Shown here one piece after another: positions 62,480-64,000 of a stretch of DNA of 64,000 nucleotides. Source of the DNA: Octopus sinensis (Eukaryota); NCBI RefSeq assembly GCF_006345805.1, contig NC_042997.1, positions 131,998,001-132,062,000 on the forward strand, read 5' to 3'. The notes under the pieces were generated by a model. It saw only the letters and a list, made by a program, of their open reading frames with translations. It was not told the origin of the DNA and did not search any database. The position numbers and the translations under genes were made by a program. Positions within the stretch are counted from its first letter, which is position 1; each line of letters starts with the position of its first letter.

Positions 62480-62882
62480 ATCCTTGTGGCTCCCATGTTG
62501 GTGGCATGTAAAAAGCACTATCCAAATGTGATCGATGCCAGGGCCGCCTGACTGGTTCCCATGCCAGTGGCACATAAAAAGCACCATTTGAATGTGGCTG
62601 ATGCCAGTGCCCTCTGACTGGCTCCCGTGCCAGTGGCACATATAAAGCACTATCCAAACACAATTGATGCCAGTTACCCCTGACTGACTCCTGTGCTGGT
62701 GGCATGTAAAAAGCATCCACTACACTCTCAGAGTGGTTGGCGTTTGGAAGGGCATCCAGCTGTAGAAACATTGCCAGATCAGATTGGAGCCTGGTGCAGC
62801 CAATGGCTTTCCAGATCTCAGTCAAACCATCCAACTCATATCAGCATGGAAAATGGATGTTAAACGACTACGATGATGATGA
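62480..62882 (+). mobile_element. RTE 3'UTR fragment with ~4 VNTR units
   Basis: Same motifs and tail. Confidence 0.85.
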
Positions 62883-63310
62883 TCCCACCATAAATGATAA
62901 AATAAAATACCAGTTTAGCACTGAGGTCAATGGTACTGACCAGCACCTCCCTTCAAAACGGCTGACCTTGTGTCTGAAACTGACACTTTTTTTCTCATAC
63001 TAGCACCAAGTTCTGAAATTTTGTCAGAAAAGGTTTGTCCATTAAAATTGTTTTTGTCTGGTACTCTATTTTATCAACCTCCAAAAGAATGAAAGGCAAA
63101 ATTGACCTTAGCAAGATTTGAACACTGAATGTAAGAAGCCTAAAGAAATATTAGCAGTAAAATAAATTACCAGTCAAGACATGGGGGCAGTTTTAGTCAA
63201 CTAACCCCACCCACCAGAAATTATTATCACCTCCATCTGAGACAGTACTACTATCACTACCATGGTCATTATCAATGCTGGTATCAGCATTTGTGGCAAC
63301 ATCAACAGCA

Positions 63311-63478
63311 GTGGAGGTGCAATGGCCCAGTGGTTAGGGTAGCGGACTTGCGGTCATAAGAACGTGGTTTTGATTCCCAGACTGGGCATTGTAAGTGTTT
63401 ATTGAGCTCCAGGGGTGGGGAGCGAACCCCGCTCTACTCTTTCACCACAACTTTCTCTCACTCTTTCTTCCTACTTCT
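63311..63478 (+). mobile_element. SINE head/body E (3' truncated)
   Basis: GTGGAGGTGCAATGGCCCAGTGGTTAGGG head; CTCTTTCACCACAACTTTCTCTC body. Confidence 0.75.
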
Positions 63479-64000
63479 GCCACAAAGCAGAGAAACCATG
63501 GTGTAACCTACTATAGTGTGGTAAACTTTCAGACCCTAGTCTAGATTGCGAATCCTCTGTACCCCAGGATGGTTCAGCTCTCCACCCGTTAAAGGTCACC
63601 ATTTACGGAATGAGGATGACAATGTAGCTCTCGCGCCCATGCAACTGCCAGTTTATCGCGTGTGGTGGGTGGGTCTTCAAGTTGCCACACGCATTCTTAG
63701 TAGCTTAGAGCAGGCTCGAATTAGAGATTATTCTTTGTGGCTAATGGAGTGAGTCCTGATTGGAAGAAGAAGAAAAAGAAAGACATCAACAGCAGTAGAA
63801 AGGCAAACAAGAGCAATAGAAAAGAAGCAGCAGCAGCAGCAATATCAGCATTTAAGGATGTTGCTGGAGACTGATTTGATCTTGATTCATCAAAGTTCCT
63901 GAAAATGAAGTGAAATAGCAGGATACATCACTAAGGACCATGTTGCACCACCAATGGAGTTTGTGGAAGGAAAACACAGAAGATCAGAAGACATATATTT

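Noticed and set aside
63720-63898. Strong minus-strand acceptor followed by a 60-codon hydrophobic frame
   Set aside because: The frame is mostly simple-repeat derived (GCT/CTT runs), has no recognisable homology, and sits at the window edge.

Overview
AT-rich, microsatellite-laden eukaryotic genomic DNA. The repeat families point to an octopus (coleoid cephalopod); this is an inference from recognisable tRNA-derived SINEs and RTE tails, not a database result. About half the window is transposon debris: several tRNA-SINE families; RTE, CR1, Tx1/L1 and HERO-like LINE remnants; mariner and DD37D elements; MITEs; a tandem Helitron; a Gypsy integrase relic; and Penelope-like fragments. The only convincing host coding sequence is a minus-strand first coding exon at 47566-47713 that resembles the N-terminal PH domain of ceramide kinase/CERKL, with a TATA/Inr promoter just upstream. 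No clear second exon was found, so coordinates 1-47565 are probably one very long first intron. The most notable signals are two minimal hammerhead-ribozyme folds (one sense within that intron), a near-perfect 219-bp inverted repeat enclosing a third hammerhead remnant, a head-to-tail Helitron junction, a dense transcription-factor motif cluster about 5 kb upstream of the gene, and combinatorial swapping of SINE modules. Repeat boundaries are read by eye (roughly +/-10-20 bp) unless TIRs or TSDs are quoted.
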